A stretch of 64,000 nt of DNA from an uncultured delta proteobacterium. GTDB lineage: Bacteria; Desulfobacterota; Desulfobacteria; Desulfobacterales; CAVQMW01. The notes beneath the pieces are model-generated. The model had not been told where the DNA came from. It saw only the letters and a list, made by a program, of their open reading frames with translations, and made no database searches. Positions within the stretch are counted from its first letter, which is position 1; the number at the start of each line of letters is the position of its first letter. A program made the position numbers and the translations under genes. Location: assembly GCA_963713755.1 (NCBI GenBank), contig CAVQMW010000007.1, positions 220,465 to 284,464 on the forward strand. The letters are read 5' to 3'. Below, one piece after another: positions 44,917 to 55,021 of this stretch.

Positions 44917-45936
44917 TCAGGAGTGGGGAGCCAGTTTCATCTGCAGCCGCTTCAATTCGGACTCTCCATCCCGGATCAGCTCCTGGATGATCTCCGCCAG
45001 GGGCTGCACCTTCTCCACCAGCCCCACAGACTGGCCCGCCATGAGGGAGCCTTTGGTCACGTCGCCGTCGATGACCGCCTCTTTCAAGGCCCCCACCCAG
45101 AAGCGCTCCACCTCGTATTGGGCGCTCTGGCGGTCCATGAGGCCATGGTCCAGCTTGTGCAAAAGCTCCAATTGGAGCTTTTGAAACTCGATGCTCCCCT
45201 CGTTTTTTAGGGAGCGCACCGGAATCACCGGCAGGCGGCTGTCGAACTGAGGGGTGGCCGTGGCGTCCCGCGCCTTGGCCCTGGCAAAAACCGCCTTGAA
45301 GGCGTCGTGGGCCTTGCACTCCTCGGCCATGATAAAGCGGGTGCCCATCTGCACCCCGGCGGCGCCCATGAGCAGCAGGTGGGCCATCATGCGGCCGGTG
45401 GCTACCCCGCCGGCCACGAACACCGGCACATGCGCCACGGTAAAGAGAATCTGCTGTAGCAGGATGGAGAGGGCCACGGGCCCGATGTGCCCTCCGGCCT
45501 CGGAGCCCTCCAAAATCAGGGCGTCGGCCCCGCGCTCGATAAGCTGCATCGCCAAAGGCGCGGTGGGGGCAAAGCAGATCACCCGCGCCCCGCAAGCCTT
45601 GGCCCGTGCGATCTCTTTTTTCTTGGGAATCCCCCCGGCGAATACCACCACCTCGCAGCCCAGGTCGCACACCAGATTCAACTGCTCTCGGTAGACCGGC
45701 GCCAGGGTGATCAGGTTGACGCCGAAGGGATGGGGGCTTAGGGCCTGGGTCTCCCGGATTTCCTCTCTGAATTGGGCCACGGGCATATTCCCGCCGGCCA
45801 GCAGGCCGAACCCGCCGGCTTCACCCATGGCCGTGACCAATTGGGGATCGCTGACCCAGGTCATGGCCCCGCACATAATGGGATAGGGGCAGCCCAAGAA
45901 ATCCCGCCCTTGCTTAAAAAATCGATCCAATAACAT
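44917..45936 (-). CDS. Nitronate monooxygenase / FabK-like FMN enzyme
   Basis: YPIMCGAMTWVS, EGSEAGGHIG, GGVATGR and GAAGVQMGTRF. The start is at MLLDRF, which has the RBS AGGGAGG. Confidence 0.85.
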   Translation of the reverse strand: MLLDRFFKQGRDFLGCPYPIMCGAMTWVSDPQLVTAMGEAGGFGLLAGGNMPVAQFREEIRETQALSPHPFGVNLITLAPVYREQLNLVCDLGCEVVVFAGGIPKKKEIARAKACGARVICFAPTAPLAMQLIERGADALILEGSEAGGHIGPVALSILLQQILFTVAHVPVFVAGGVATGRMMAHLLLMGAAGVQMGTRFIMAEECKAHDAFKAVFARAKARDATATPQFDSRLPVIPVRSLKNEGSIEFQKLQLELLHKLDHGLMDRQSAQYEVERFWVGALKEAVIDGDVTKGSLMAGQSVGLVEKVQPLAEIIQELIRDGESELKRLQMKLAPHS

Positions 45937-46081
45937 CGGCGCCTCCCTGGCTGAGCTCTTTATCTCGAAAGATCGTCCCTCCGGCGGCGGATTGTTCGGC
46001 CCGAACTCTCTATTAGCGAGGGGAAAAGCCACAGGTGGAATCCGGAAGCCGGCGGAGCAGATGGTGAATTCTCGGCGCTTA

Positions 46082-46468
46082 TTATATCCAAAAGGCGAAA
46101 TAGGGCCCCAAAACCAGAATTCCGATCACCACCGCCCCCAGGGCGGCGATCAGCACCGCTCCGGCGGCGACATCCTTGGCGTGTTTCACCTGGGGGTTCA
46201 ATTCAGGACAGACCGCATCAGCCAAAAACTCCAGGGCTGTATTAAGGGCTTCGCTGATCCACACCGCCATCATGGCCAGAACCAGCCAGCACCACTCCCC
46301 GGGAGTCACATCGAGCCAGATACCGCAGCCCACAACGGCCAAGGTTGCCGTCCCATGGATCCGGGCATTGGGCTGGGATCTCAACAGAGTCCCCAGCCCG
46401 GCAAGGGCGAAGGCGAAGCTGCGGATTCGCGCCGCCCGGGAAGATGGTTTTGCAGACATCTTGCCCAT
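46082..46468 (-). CDS. dgkA: Diacylglycerol kinase (DgkA family)
   Basis: EALNTALEFLAD and KDVAAGAVLIAA motifs with three TM helices. The start is uncertain (the ORF extends to 46534). Confidence 0.8.
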   Translation of the reverse strand: MGKMSAKPSSRAARIRSFAFALAGLGTLLRSQPNARIHGTATLAVVGCGIWLDVTPGEWCWLVLAMMAVWISEALNTALEFLADAVCPELNPQVKHAKDVAAGAVLIAALGAVVIGILVLGPYFAFWI

Positions 46469-46543
46469 ATCCCCTAACCCCGCAACCCCGGGAACAGATG
46501 CTGCAGACGGTAGCTGTTCAGGGATATTGAGCAATTCGGCGGT

Positions 46544-46987
46544 TTATGAATTGCGCATCTCATGGATAAACACCCGGATATAGCGCAGGCTGGACAAGAT
46601 CAGGGCCAGACCGATGGTCGTGTAGAGGCTCACCAGGTAATGCCGGGGGATGGTCGAATGGCGCAGCAGACTCCCCAGGCTGACCATCACCAGAATCAGC
46701 AGGTAACTTTTCCAGGTGATGAACCCGAAGAGGCATTTTCTCTCGACCATGGGCCGAATGCGGGCGATATTCTTGTCGGCCACCTTGAGAAATCCGAAAT
46801 GATGGACGGCCAGGGCCGAAGCAACGCCTATCGAGCCATAAATAGAGGCGGCTTTTAGGGCAAGCTCCGGCAGCCAGGCCCAGACATAGCTCAGCAGCAA
46901 ACTCCCCACCGCAAACCAGGCCACTCCCGCCAGCAGCAGCAGCACACTCTTGGCCACGGCAGGCTTGAATGAACCCCCCGCTGTCAT
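46544..46987 (-). CDS. Hypothetical integral membrane protein (about 4 TM helices)
   Basis: 147-aa ORF with hydrophobic periodicity. No family recognised. Confidence 0.5.
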   Translation of the reverse strand: MTAGGSFKPAVAKSVLLLLAGVAWFAVGSLLLSYVWAWLPELALKAASIYGSIGVASALAVHHFGFLKVADKNIARIRPMVERKCLFGFITWKSYLLILVMVSLGSLLRHSTIPRHYLVSLYTTIGLALILSSLRYIRVFIHEMRNS

Positions 46988-47230
46988 CGTAGAATCTTCG
47001 ACAAATTTACCACCAAAGAAAAATGGGCCATCAGCTTTAAAGGGTTTGAGACCTTGAAGCCCTCAATTGGGTGCGGTCAGCTCTATTCCATCCCTGATCC
47101 AGGGATAAAATCAAAAAAAGCCGAAAGCAACCCGATCCATTCATGGCGGCAAGTCGTGTCAGTCGATTAAAATTCCATCTCGACGCCTTGGATCTACGAC
47201 CTTCGGCTTCTAAAATATATCGGTCGTGAA

Positions 47231-47509
47231 CTACTTCCCTGCAACCATTGATATTTCCACCAAAACCGGGGCGCCGGGTTTACTGCCCGGAAGCGCACCC
47301 ACCTCTACGGTAGCACGGGCCGGCGGAGTCAGGCCTTCGTTTGTCCAATAGGGGCCGTAAACCTCGTTGAAATCCCCATACAGGCCAAGGTCGGTGATAA
47401 ATACGGTTGCTTTTAGCACATTCTTGAATGTCATGCCCGCCTCCGCAAGCACGATCTTCAGGTTTTCCATCACGGTGGCGGTTTCGTTTGAAAAATCAAT
47501 CTTAAATGC
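47231..47509 (-). pseudogene. RidA/YjgF-family remnant lacking its N-terminal third
   Basis: The 80-aa ORF (47231-47473) matches only the C-terminal two thirds of RidA (NLKIVLEAAG.., KATVFITDL..F..N.VY..YW, PARATVEV..LP). The in-frame upstream codons (AFKIDFSNETAT) still look RidA-like. They run into a TAG at 47510-47512 with no start codon. Confidence 0.5.
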
Positions 47510-47522
47510 CTAAAACCTCCCT

Positions 47523-48038
47523 ATGAAACCCGGCCTTGCAAGTATCCCCTGGTCTTATTCCGAGCAGTGGCAAGAGGCTAATTTCAGCCTGAAGCAGATC
47601 ATTGCCCGGGCAGGCCGGGGGTTGGATGGATCCCGGGATTTGGCTGTGCAGCTTTCGGCGGCCTACCGATCCATCTTTCCCGACCTGGACCGGCTTTGCC
47701 GGGTCACCTGTCCCCGGTGCAGGGACAACTGCTGCCGCCGGGCCTGGGTCTGGTTCGATTTCAAGGATCTGCTTTTTCTGAACCTGGCCCGCCTTCCCAT
47801 CCCTCCCGGGCAACTACTCACCCAGCGAGGCGAGCGCTGCCGCTATATCACAACCTCCGGGTGCTGTTTGGACCGCCTCCAGCGCCCCTTTGTCTGCACC
47901 TGGTATCTGTGCCCCACCCAAACCCGGCGCCTTGACCGACAATCCGCAGACGGGAAAGTGATGATCCAACACCGCCTGGCGGATATTAAGCACCTTCGTC
48001 GGAAGATGGAAAGCGTTTTTATACAGCATACCACCTGA
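47523..48038 (+). CDS. YkgJ/UPF0153-family Cys-cluster protein
   Basis: 171 aa with the CPRCRDNCC (CxxCxxCC) signature plus further Cys residues. Confidence 0.7.
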   Translation: MKPGLASIPWSYSEQWQEANFSLKQIIARAGRGLDGSRDLAVQLSAAYRSIFPDLDRLCRVTCPRCRDNCCRRAWVWFDFKDLLFLNLARLPIPPGQLLTQRGERCRYITTSGCCLDRLQRPFVCTWYLCPTQTRRLDRQSADGKVMIQHRLADIKHLRRKMESVFIQHTT

Positions 48039-48142
48039 TCAATCCTACCGCAGCCCTGGCATGAAAAAGCCCCCATACCCCAACTGCAGGGTGTGGAGGC
48101 GCAATGAATCCAACTAAAATTTCGCACCAGCGGAATTTTAAA

Positions 48143-48898
48143 TTACAGGATCTGGGACAAAAAGAGCTTGGAGCGTTCTTCCTTGGGGTTCTTGAAAAAG
48201 GTTTCCGGATCGGCGATCTCCACAATCTGGCCGTCATCCATGAAGACCACCCGGTCGGCCACTTCCCGGGCAAAGCCCATTTCGTGGGTCACGCAGACCA
48301 TGGTCATGCCCTCCCGGGCCAGGGTCTTCATCACGTCCAGCACCTCCCCGATCATCTCCGGATCCAGGGCGCTGGTGGGCTCGTCAAAGAGCATGATCAG
48401 CGGCTCCATGGCCAGGGCCCGGGCAATGGCCACCCGCTGCTGCTGCCCGCCGGAAAGCTGGATGGGATAAGAGTCGGCTTTTTCCTTGATGCCCACCTTG
48501 GTGAGCAGGGCGTGGGCCGTGGCCCGGCTTTCAGCCTGCTTTTTCTTGCGCACCACCCGCTGGGCCAGGCAGACATTCTCCTCCACCGTGAGATGGGGAA
48601 AGAGATTGAAGGACTGGAACACCATGCCCACTTCGGCGCGAATCTCGTTGATGTTGGTGTTGCGATCCTGGAGACTGACCCCGTCGATGATAATCTCCCC
48701 GCTATCGATGGTTTCCAGGTGGTTGATGCTGCGCAGCAGGGTCGATTTGCCCGAACCCGAAGGGCCGCACACCACCACCACCTCGCCCTTGCAGACCTCG
48801 TGAGAGACATCCACCAGGGCGGGCACCACGATGGTGGTGCGGAAGGTTTTGCATACGTTCTTGATCTGAATGATCGGCGGTTGGTCTGGCTGATTCAT
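48143..48898 (-). CDS. Polar amino acid ABC transporter ATP-binding protein
   Basis: 251 aa. [24 protein letters not shown] and [10 protein letters not shown]. The start is the ATG at 48898, overlapping the permease stop as ATGA. Confidence 0.95.
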   Translation of the reverse strand: MNQPDQPPIIQIKNVCKTFRTTIVVPALVDVSHEVCKGEVVVVCGPSGSGKSTLLRSINHLETIDSGEIIIDGVSLQDRNTNINEIRAEVGMVFQSFNLFPHLTVEENVCLAQRVVRKKKQAESRATAHALLTKVGIKEKADSYPIQLSGGQQQRVAIARALAMEPLIMLFDEPTSALDPEMIGEVLDVMKTLAREGMTMVCVTHEMGFAREVADRVVFMDDGQIVEIADPETFFKNPKEERSKLFLSQIL

Positions 48899-49710
48899 TC
48901 CCGCACCCCCACACCCATCTTGACCTCCATCCATTGAATCAGAATGGAGAGCGTGAATGTCAGCACCAGGTACATAAACGCCACCGTGAGGTAGATCTCG
49001 AAATTGGCGAAACTCACCGTGGAGACTTCCCGGCCCGCCTTGGTCAACTCCGTCAGGGCGATGGCCGACAACAGCGAGGAGTCCTTGATCAGATTGATGA
49101 ACTGCCCGGCCAGGGGCGGCAGAATCCGGCGCAGGGCCTGGGGCAGAATCACGTAGCGCATGGCGGCGAAATAGCCCATGCCCAAAGAGCGCGCGGCTTC
49201 CATCTGCCCGCGGCTGATGGATTGGATCCCGGCCCGCACAATCTCCCCCACGTAAGCGCCGGAGAAAAAAGCCAGGGCCGCCACCCCTGCGCCCAGGCGG
49301 GAAAGCCCCAGGGCCGTGCCGATGCAAAAATACCAGATCAGGATCTGTACCAATAGGGGCGTGCCGCGAATCAGTTCCACATAGCCCGTGGAGAGCCAGC
49401 GCAGCACCGGGATGGCCGATATCCTGCAAATCCCGGTGATCAGCCCGATGAAGATGGCGAAGATGGTAGCGTAGATGGAGGTTTCCAGAGTAACGCCAAG
49501 TCCCTGGAGCAAGGGCCCGGCGGCCCAGCCCAGAAACCCGCCCTCGGCTTCGCGGTAGGCCAGATAGTCTGGGACGATATTCCAGCGCCAGTGATAATCG
49601 ATCTGGGCCATGGAGTAGTAGAGCCCCCAGACCAGCCCCCCCCCAAAGATCAACAAGAGCAGGAGATTGACATCCTTACGTCGGATCGCTTCGTTGGCTA
49701 AAGCTTTCAC
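48895..49710 (-). CDS. Polar amino acid ABC transporter permease (HisM/GlnP type)
   Basis: The EAA-like loop is [17 protein letters not shown], and GTPLLVQI is present. I chose the GTG start with the RBS AAGGGGG. Confidence 0.88.
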   Translation of the reverse strand: MKALANEAIRRKDVNLLLLLIFGGGLVWGLYYSMAQIDYHWRWNIVPDYLAYREAEGGFLGWAAGPLLQGLGVTLETSIYATIFAIFIGLITGICRISAIPVLRWLSTGYVELIRGTPLLVQILIWYFCIGTALGLSRLGAGVAALAFFSGAYVGEIVRAGIQSISRGQMEAARSLGMGYFAAMRYVILPQALRRILPPLAGQFINLIKDSSLLSAIALTELTKAGREVSTVSFANFEIYLTVAFMYLVLTFTLSILIQWMEVKMGVGVRE

Positions 49711-49763
49711 TGAGCCCCCTTGGGCAACCCGGCGCGCTGCCGCGCCGGGTGTTGGTTTTGGGA

Positions 49764-50582
49764 TTACTGCAGGGCATCCAGCCAATCCGTGGTTTTGAAC
49801 CACTTGGCGTAGAGCACATCATAGGTGCCGTCCCCCTTGATTTGGCGCAGAAAATTGTTCAGCCAGTTCAGGAAGTCCGGATCCCCTTTGCGCACGGCCC
49901 AGCCCAGGGGCTCAAAGGTGAAAGGCTCATCCAGAAAGATGAATTTGCCCGGAAACTTGGCGAAGTAGGTGGCGCACTGGGGCATGTCATAGACATGGGC
50001 GTCCGCCCGGCCCTGAATTACCTCCTGGACGCAGACTTGCTCGTCTTCAAAGGCCACCCGTTTGGCTTTGGGCATGAATTTCTGCACGGCGAAGTCACCG
50101 GTGGTGCCCAGCTTCACCGAGATGGTGTATTTGGGGTCGTTGAGCTGCTCGTAGGAGGTGATGGTGCCTTCATGTTTTTTGTGAACCAGGGCGGTCTGAC
50201 CCACCACGATGTAAGGATCCACGAAATTGACCCGCAGATTGCGTTCGGCCTTGATGGTCATACCCGACATGAGAATGTCGAATTTTTTGGTGATCAGGGC
50301 GGGGATGATCCCGTCCCAGGCGGTATTGACCAGCTCCAGCTCCACGCCCATGGCCTTGGCCATCTCCGTGGCCAGATCCACATCGAAACCGATGATTTCT
50401 CCCTTCTTGTTGCGCATCTCGAAGGGCATGTAGCCGGCTTCCAAACCGACCCGCAATTTTTTTTCGGCCAGAATGGAGTTGAGGGTCGAGTTTTGAGCCA
50501 CATCGGCATCTTGAGCCAGGGCCGGGGCGGCAAAGGATGCCAGTACTAGAAACAGCGTCGCCAATCCAATCCACTTCTTCAT
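49764..50582 (-). CDS. Family-3 amino acid ABC substrate-binding protein
   Basis: 272 aa. Signal peptide, then LRVGLEAGYMPFE, GFDVDLA and DILMSGMTI. Confidence 0.9.
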   Translation of the reverse strand: MKKWIGLATLFLVLASFAAPALAQDADVAQNSTLNSILAEKKLRVGLEAGYMPFEMRNKKGEIIGFDVDLATEMAKAMGVELELVNTAWDGIIPALITKKFDILMSGMTIKAERNLRVNFVDPYIVVGQTALVHKKHEGTITSYEQLNDPKYTISVKLGTTGDFAVQKFMPKAKRVAFEDEQVCVQEVIQGRADAHVYDMPQCATYFAKFPGKFIFLDEPFTFEPLGWAVRKGDPDFLNWLNNFLRQIKGDGTYDVLYAKWFKTTDWLDALQ

Positions 50583-50730
50583 AACTCCTCCTTTGCGAGG
50601 AACCGGCTTCAGCCTTACAGCTCCGGCTCCTAAATTAAGAATTGCGCAGCCTCTAACAATACCGGCGACATGCCGATGCCTGGAGGCCGCAACCCAACCC
50701 GGTCCGTCCGGGCTTGATTGTGCTGGGGGT

Positions 50731-51513
50731 TCAAGGCAGTTGGTTCATTATGATGGACGAGCAGGTCATCCCCGAATCGGCCTTGATCAATTCGGACACA
50801 TCAATGGGCGTCGGATCATAGCCGGCCTGCCGCAGTTTCTGCAAGGTGAGCGAATAGCCGGCATAGACCGCGATCCGCTCGCCGATGCGCAGCACATTGG
50901 CCCCCCGAGGCTCTTCCGGAACCACGTCGATAAACTTGAACCCTTCAAAATATTCCTTGGAGATGGCTTCCGGATTGATGATCAAGGTCTCATCGTCCAG
51001 GCAACCCAAGGCCGATTTGAGGTGCAGGGTGCCGGCCAGGGGCACGGCAATCACCTCGTAGCCGTGGGTCGCCAGAATCTGCCGCAGGGCCGCAACACCG
51101 ACGGCATTGGTGCGGGTGGAGAGCCCGGCCCAGAGTTTGCGCCCCACCTGGAGCACATCACCGCCTTCCAGGGTGGCGCCGGGACCTCCTACATCGACCA
51201 AGTGCGTCAGCGGACGGTATTGGGCCAGAACCGGCGCCATGCATACCACCTCTCCTCGTCGCGAGGCCACGCCCATGGGGGTCACCACCGCCACCTCATC
51301 CACCACGACAGCGTTATCCTCCACGAAAACGGAATCGGGAAATTCAGGATTGATGTTGAGTTTGACCACTTCACAACCGGCCTGGGCCAGCCATTGGCAG
51401 TAGGCATCGTGTTGTCGGCGCGCCAGGGAGACGTCGATGGGTTCTCGTTCCCTAAAATTGACCTCGCATTGGGTGATCCGCTCGGATACTTCGTGGGTCA
51501 GGGCAAGTTTCAT
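50731..51513 (-). CDS. Dimethylarginine dimethylaminohydrolase-like amidinotransferase-fold enzyme
   Basis: 260 aa. FVEDNAVV, TLHLKS and a C-terminal nucleophile context DSGMTCSS. Confidence 0.75.
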   Translation of the reverse strand: MKLALTHEVSERITQCEVNFREREPIDVSLARRQHDAYCQWLAQAGCEVVKLNINPEFPDSVFVEDNAVVVDEVAVVTPMGVASRRGEVVCMAPVLAQYRPLTHLVDVGGPGATLEGGDVLQVGRKLWAGLSTRTNAVGVAALRQILATHGYEVIAVPLAGTLHLKSALGCLDDETLIINPEAISKEYFEGFKFIDVVPEEPRGANVLRIGERIAVYAGYSLTLQKLRQAGYDPTPIDVSELIKADSGMTCSSIIMNQLP

Positions 51514-51823
51514 GGGTCAATTTCAATCTGCTTTCAGTGGGTTAACAGCCGCGGAGGCCAAGGGAGCCGTTTTCCCCCGGCATTAATGAATCGCCGAATC
51601 GAGCCGAAAAACTATGGCAGATCCCTAAAAAAGAGTCAATAATTTTGAGAATCCAATAAGTTGGACCATAACATCAAAGTGATTGACCCCCGGGCCTGGA
51701 AGCCCCATTGAACGCAGCTGCATGGGGCCGAAGACTGGCCGAAAAGGTGAATCAGCTTGCGTGCCGGATGGGCGTTCCGAGACCGGGCAAGATGACCTGC
51801 GCGGGGAAACAGCTCGGATGGAT

Positions 51824-51870
51824 AGAAAAAAATGGCGGGGTCTAAATTGGATCCCAATTTAGACCCCGCC
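51824..51870 (-). terminator. Strong rho-independent terminator after the Gly/Asn/Ser-rich protein gene
   Basis: A 17-bp perfect stem GGCGGGGTCTAAATTGG-atc-CCAATTTAGACCCCGCC. On the minus strand it is followed by ATTTTTTTC. Confidence 0.8.
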
Positions 51871-51914
51871 GGGGATGTTAAGAATCGCGATTAAACGGAT
51901 TTTAAAGGTGAGTG

Positions 51915-52958
51915 CTAACCCTTGCCGCCACCCCCGCCGTTTCCGCCCCCGCTGCCGCCGGAGTTGCCCCCACTGTTACCACCGCTGTTGCCGCCGGAGT
52001 TGCCTCCCGCGTTACCGCCGCCGCTATTCCCACCGCTGTTGCCGCCTGAATTGCCACCCGCATTGCCGCCGGCGTTGCTGCCGTCGCTATTTCCACTGCT
52101 GCTGCCGCCCGCATTGCCGCCGCCTTTGCCGCTGTTGTCACTGCCCTCTTGGCCTTCACCACCGGCGTTGGCGCCCTGGCGGCCATGGCTAAGCCCCTTA
52201 CCCGTATTTCCGGTTTGGGCAGCGTTGTGAAGCTGGGTGGCAACCCGGCTGCGAGTCTGAAGCTGGGCTGGGGTGTGATCGGCCGGCGCGCCGATTCCAT
52301 ATCCATGTCCCTGGGACCACCCGGTTTTCAGGTTGCGCTGGGTCATGGCCTGGATTTCCGTGGTCAGTTCCTCCTCGTCGGGATAAGGGTTGAAATTGCG
52401 TTGCTGGTGGCGGTGCCCGAGCTGCTGTTTTTGGCCCAGGCCGACCACGCTGGGATCAATTCCCAATTCAAGACAAATCTGCCCCCAGCCCATGGTCTTG
52501 CGCATCTCGTAGATATCGGCCACCGGCACACCGGCCAATTCCGCCAGAGTAGCATCGGCCAAGGCCTGGGCTTCCTCATTGGCCGCAAGGGCCTGATCAT
52601 GGGCATCCTGGGCATCGGCCAGAGCCTGGGTGGCCAAGTCGACCTCTTCCTGAGTGGCATCATCCGGCAATTGGTCCAGGGCCTGCTGGGCCGCGGCCAG
52701 GTCCGCCTCAGCGGCTTCCAAAGCCGCGGCTTTCGCCTCCGCATCCTCAAGGATCGCGATATCTTCTTCGCTGGGTTCCGTGGCCGTGGCCTCAGAGATA
52801 CTTTCCGCTTTCTGGGCCTGAGCCGGGTTGGTAAAGGCTGGTGTCTCATCGAGCGTGTCGGTTGCGGTTTGGGCGCTGGCGGTCACAGCCCCCAGGGCCA
52901 TCGCCAGCACAGCGGCGAAAATCAGTGAAATAAGATGGGGTGTTCGGTGGCGTTGCAT
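51915..52958 (-). CDS. Secreted protein with an acidic coiled-coil middle and a C-terminal GGNSG low-complexity tail
   Basis: 347 aa. The signal peptide is LISLIFAAVLAMALGAVTASA. The final part of the protein (about 70 aa) is GN(A/S)GG repeats encoded by 15-nt tandem repeats. Confidence 0.7.
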   Translation of the reverse strand: MQRHRTPHLISLIFAAVLAMALGAVTASAQTATDTLDETPAFTNPAQAQKAESISEATATEPSEEDIAILEDAEAKAAALEAAEADLAAAQQALDQLPDDATQEEVDLATQALADAQDAHDQALAANEEAQALADATLAELAGVPVADIYEMRKTMGWGQICLELGIDPSVVGLGQKQQLGHRHQQRNFNPYPDEEELTTEIQAMTQRNLKTGWSQGHGYGIGAPADHTPAQLQTRSRVATQLHNAAQTGNTGKGLSHGRQGANAGGEGQEGSDNSGKGGGNAGGSSSGNSDGSNAGGNAGGNSGGNSGGNSGGGNAGGNSGGNSGGNSGGNSGGSGGGNGGGGGKG

Positions 52959-52970
52959 GGTTTCTTCCTC

Positions 52971-54224
52971 CTAAACTGAGTTGAGATTTACGGGCTGGGT
53001 GAATATCTGCAGAGACTCCTTGAGTTCCTGGAGGCGTTTCCCCTGCCGAACCTGTTCCGGGACCCCGAACCAGCTCAAGCGGATGTGCTCGGCCGGCAGC
53101 TCGGGATACAGTCCCATCAACTTGCCTTTGATCTGCTGGACGCGGCAGCGCGCCAGGGACGCATTGCCCTCGGCATAGCCTACAAGGTGCAGCACCATTT
53201 CCGGGATATGGGGCATGATCCGCGCTCCCAGCTCCTGCAGGACCGCCAGGTCTTCGGGCACAAGTTGGCAGGGATCGGCACCAAAGCGGAGCGTTTTGAT
53301 AACCCAGCGCTGGGCGCCCAGCCGATGGCTGCGGTAGGAAAAATCACCGTTGGCGTTGAGCCGGGCCGCGGCCGCAAGGGCCTGGGGCCCTGTGGGATAA
53401 TGCAACAAAAAGGTACGCCAGATTTCATTTTCGGCACCCCCCGGATCGATGTGATGCAGGGCGACCCCCGAATTAAAAAGCGCCTGGGCGTGATCGGGCA
53501 GCGCTTCGAGAACCCGTTGGTAGTGGGCCAGGGCCGCTTGCCACTGCCGACGTTCCATGAAGTGATGTCCGGCGTAAACATGGGCGGGCAGAAAGCCGGG
53601 GTCCAGCGCCAGGGTGCGCTGATAGCCGGCCAACTCCTGATCGGGGGCCTTAAGAGCGTAATGGCAAAGCCCCAACCAGAAATGGTATTCGGGCCGAGGG
53701 GATTCGGTTTCCAGGGCCCGCTGAAAGTGATCCAGAGCTTCCCGGGGTTGGGCCAAGGCCAGATAGGTGCGCCCCAGATAGAAGTTGAGGGCCGGTTCCC
53801 GGGCCGCCTGGCCTTGGCGCTGGGCAAACCAGACCTGAGCCTCGGCAAAACGCTGGGATTCCAGCAGATCGACCCCTTCGGCCAGATCGAGGGGTGGCCC
53901 GGAGCTTGTTAAGTCCGGATCGACTCCGGGAAGCCCGCCAAAGCGCAGGAGGACCAGGGCGGCCAGAAGCCCCAGGGCCACCGCACCCCACTTGAAGGGC
54001 GCGATGCTGAAGGCCCATTGCGCCGTGCGCAGCCGTTGGAACGCCACCCTGGCCCGCGCCAACAGGGAGATCCGTTGCGCCGGCAGACGGGACATCACCT
54101 GGGCGCTGAAATCCGCCGGCGGTTCGGCTTCGGGCAAGGCTTGAATACGGGCAATCAGATCGGCATATTCCTCCTGCCGGTCGTCCGGACCGTCATCTAA
54201 CGAATAATTAATTTTTATATTCAT
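52971..54224 (-). CDS. Membrane-anchored TPR protein, probable anti-sigma factor partner
   Basis: It overlaps the sigma gene stop. It has a cytoplasmic N-terminus, one TM helix (WGAVALGLLAALVLL), TPR repeats and a C-terminal domain paralogous to 55022-56050. I chose the start at MNIKIN, which has the RBS GAGGA. Confidence 0.6.
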   Translation of the reverse strand: MNIKINYSLDDGPDDRQEEYADLIARIQALPEAEPPADFSAQVMSRLPAQRISLLARARVAFQRLRTAQWAFSIAPFKWGAVALGLLAALVLLRFGGLPGVDPDLTSSGPPLDLAEGVDLLESQRFAEAQVWFAQRQGQAAREPALNFYLGRTYLALAQPREALDHFQRALETESPRPEYHFWLGLCHYALKAPDQELAGYQRTLALDPGFLPAHVYAGHHFMERRQWQAALAHYQRVLEALPDHAQALFNSGVALHHIDPGGAENEIWRTFLLHYPTGPQALAAAARLNANGDFSYRSHRLGAQRWVIKTLRFGADPCQLVPEDLAVLQELGARIMPHIPEMVLHLVGYAEGNASLARCRVQQIKGKLMGLYPELPAEHIRLSWFGVPEQVRQGKRLQELKESLQIFTQPVNLNSV

Positions 54225-54783
54225 GGTGTTCCTCATTTTCCATGAGGGTTCGCAATTGGGCCAAGCCCCGCTGAATGCGCATTTTTATGGCGCTTTCGGA
54301 AACGTCGAAGACCTCGGCAATCTCCTGGTGGGTCAGCTCGTAATGGAATTTCAATATTAAGGCCTCCCGCTGGTTCAGGGCAATGCGCGACAATCCCTGC
54401 CGGAGGGATTGCAGCGCTACCCAATGCGCTTCCGGGTTGGGGACGATCGCCCCCTGACTGCCGCGCCGGAGATCCGCTTCCGGGTCGATGCCCTCGCGGC
54501 TCCCTTGGCGCTTTAGGCGCCGCAAGTGGTCCCGGGCCGTGTTGACGCCGATGGCATAAAGCCAGGAAAAAAATTTCCTTCTGCCGGGCCGATAGGTCCT
54601 GATTCGGGAAAAGGCCTTGAGAAATACCTCCTGGGCTAGTTCGGCGGCGTCCTCGACCGAAGGCACGGCGCGGCACATGAGATTGTAGATGGGCGCCTGG
54701 TATTTGGCCACCAACATCCCGAAGGCGTTGCGATCCCCGGCCAGCACGCGGGTTACGATGATTTGGTCGTCGATTTCATACAT
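54208..54783 (-). CDS. ECF (sigma-70 family group 4) RNA polymerase sigma factor
   Basis: Region 2 is AELAQEVFLKAF...FFSWLYAIGVNTARDHLR. Region 4 is REALILKFHYELTHQEIAEVFDVSESAIKMRIQRG. I chose the start at MYEIDD. Confidence 0.9.
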   Translation of the reverse strand: MYEIDDQIIVTRVLAGDRNAFGMLVAKYQAPIYNLMCRAVPSVEDAAELAQEVFLKAFSRIRTYRPGRRKFFSWLYAIGVNTARDHLRRLKRQGSREGIDPEADLRRGSQGAIVPNPEAHWVALQSLRQGLSRIALNQREALILKFHYELTHQEIAEVFDVSESAIKMRIQRGLAQLRTLMENEEHHEYKN

Positions 54784-54883
54784 CCTGGAATGGACCGGGG
54801 AACATGCATCTGCTCCGGTTGATGAAGGTGTCCGGCACTTAACCGGTGAGTGCCTGCCATTTTTAACGCGATTCATAAAGATA

Positions 54884-54908
54884 TACGCCCCACCCGCCTG
54901 AAAGGTCA
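54884..54908 (-). promoter_or_regulatory. Candidate ECF-type promoter
   Basis: On the minus strand: TGACCT-15 nt-CGTA, about 100 nt upstream of the sigma ATG. It resembles the AAC...CGT architecture of autoregulated ECF promoters. This is a weak call. Confidence 0.25.
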
Positions 54909-55021
54909 CATAGCGGCTCCCGGCACCCTCGCCAGGACCCCGGGATTACCCCAGGGGAGGGCCGCCTCGCGGTCTAAAGGCAGTCCCGGCCGCTTCCAGA
55001 TTAAGAAAGTGCGGTCTGAGA

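Noticed and set aside
51875-52306. Cys/Arg-rich and Pro/Leu-rich ORFs (51875-52192, 51922-52230, 51902-52306).
   Set aside because: They are alternative readings of the 15-nt GGNSG-coding tandem repeat of the secreted protein gene (51915-52958). Their repetitive composition comes from the DNA repeat alone.
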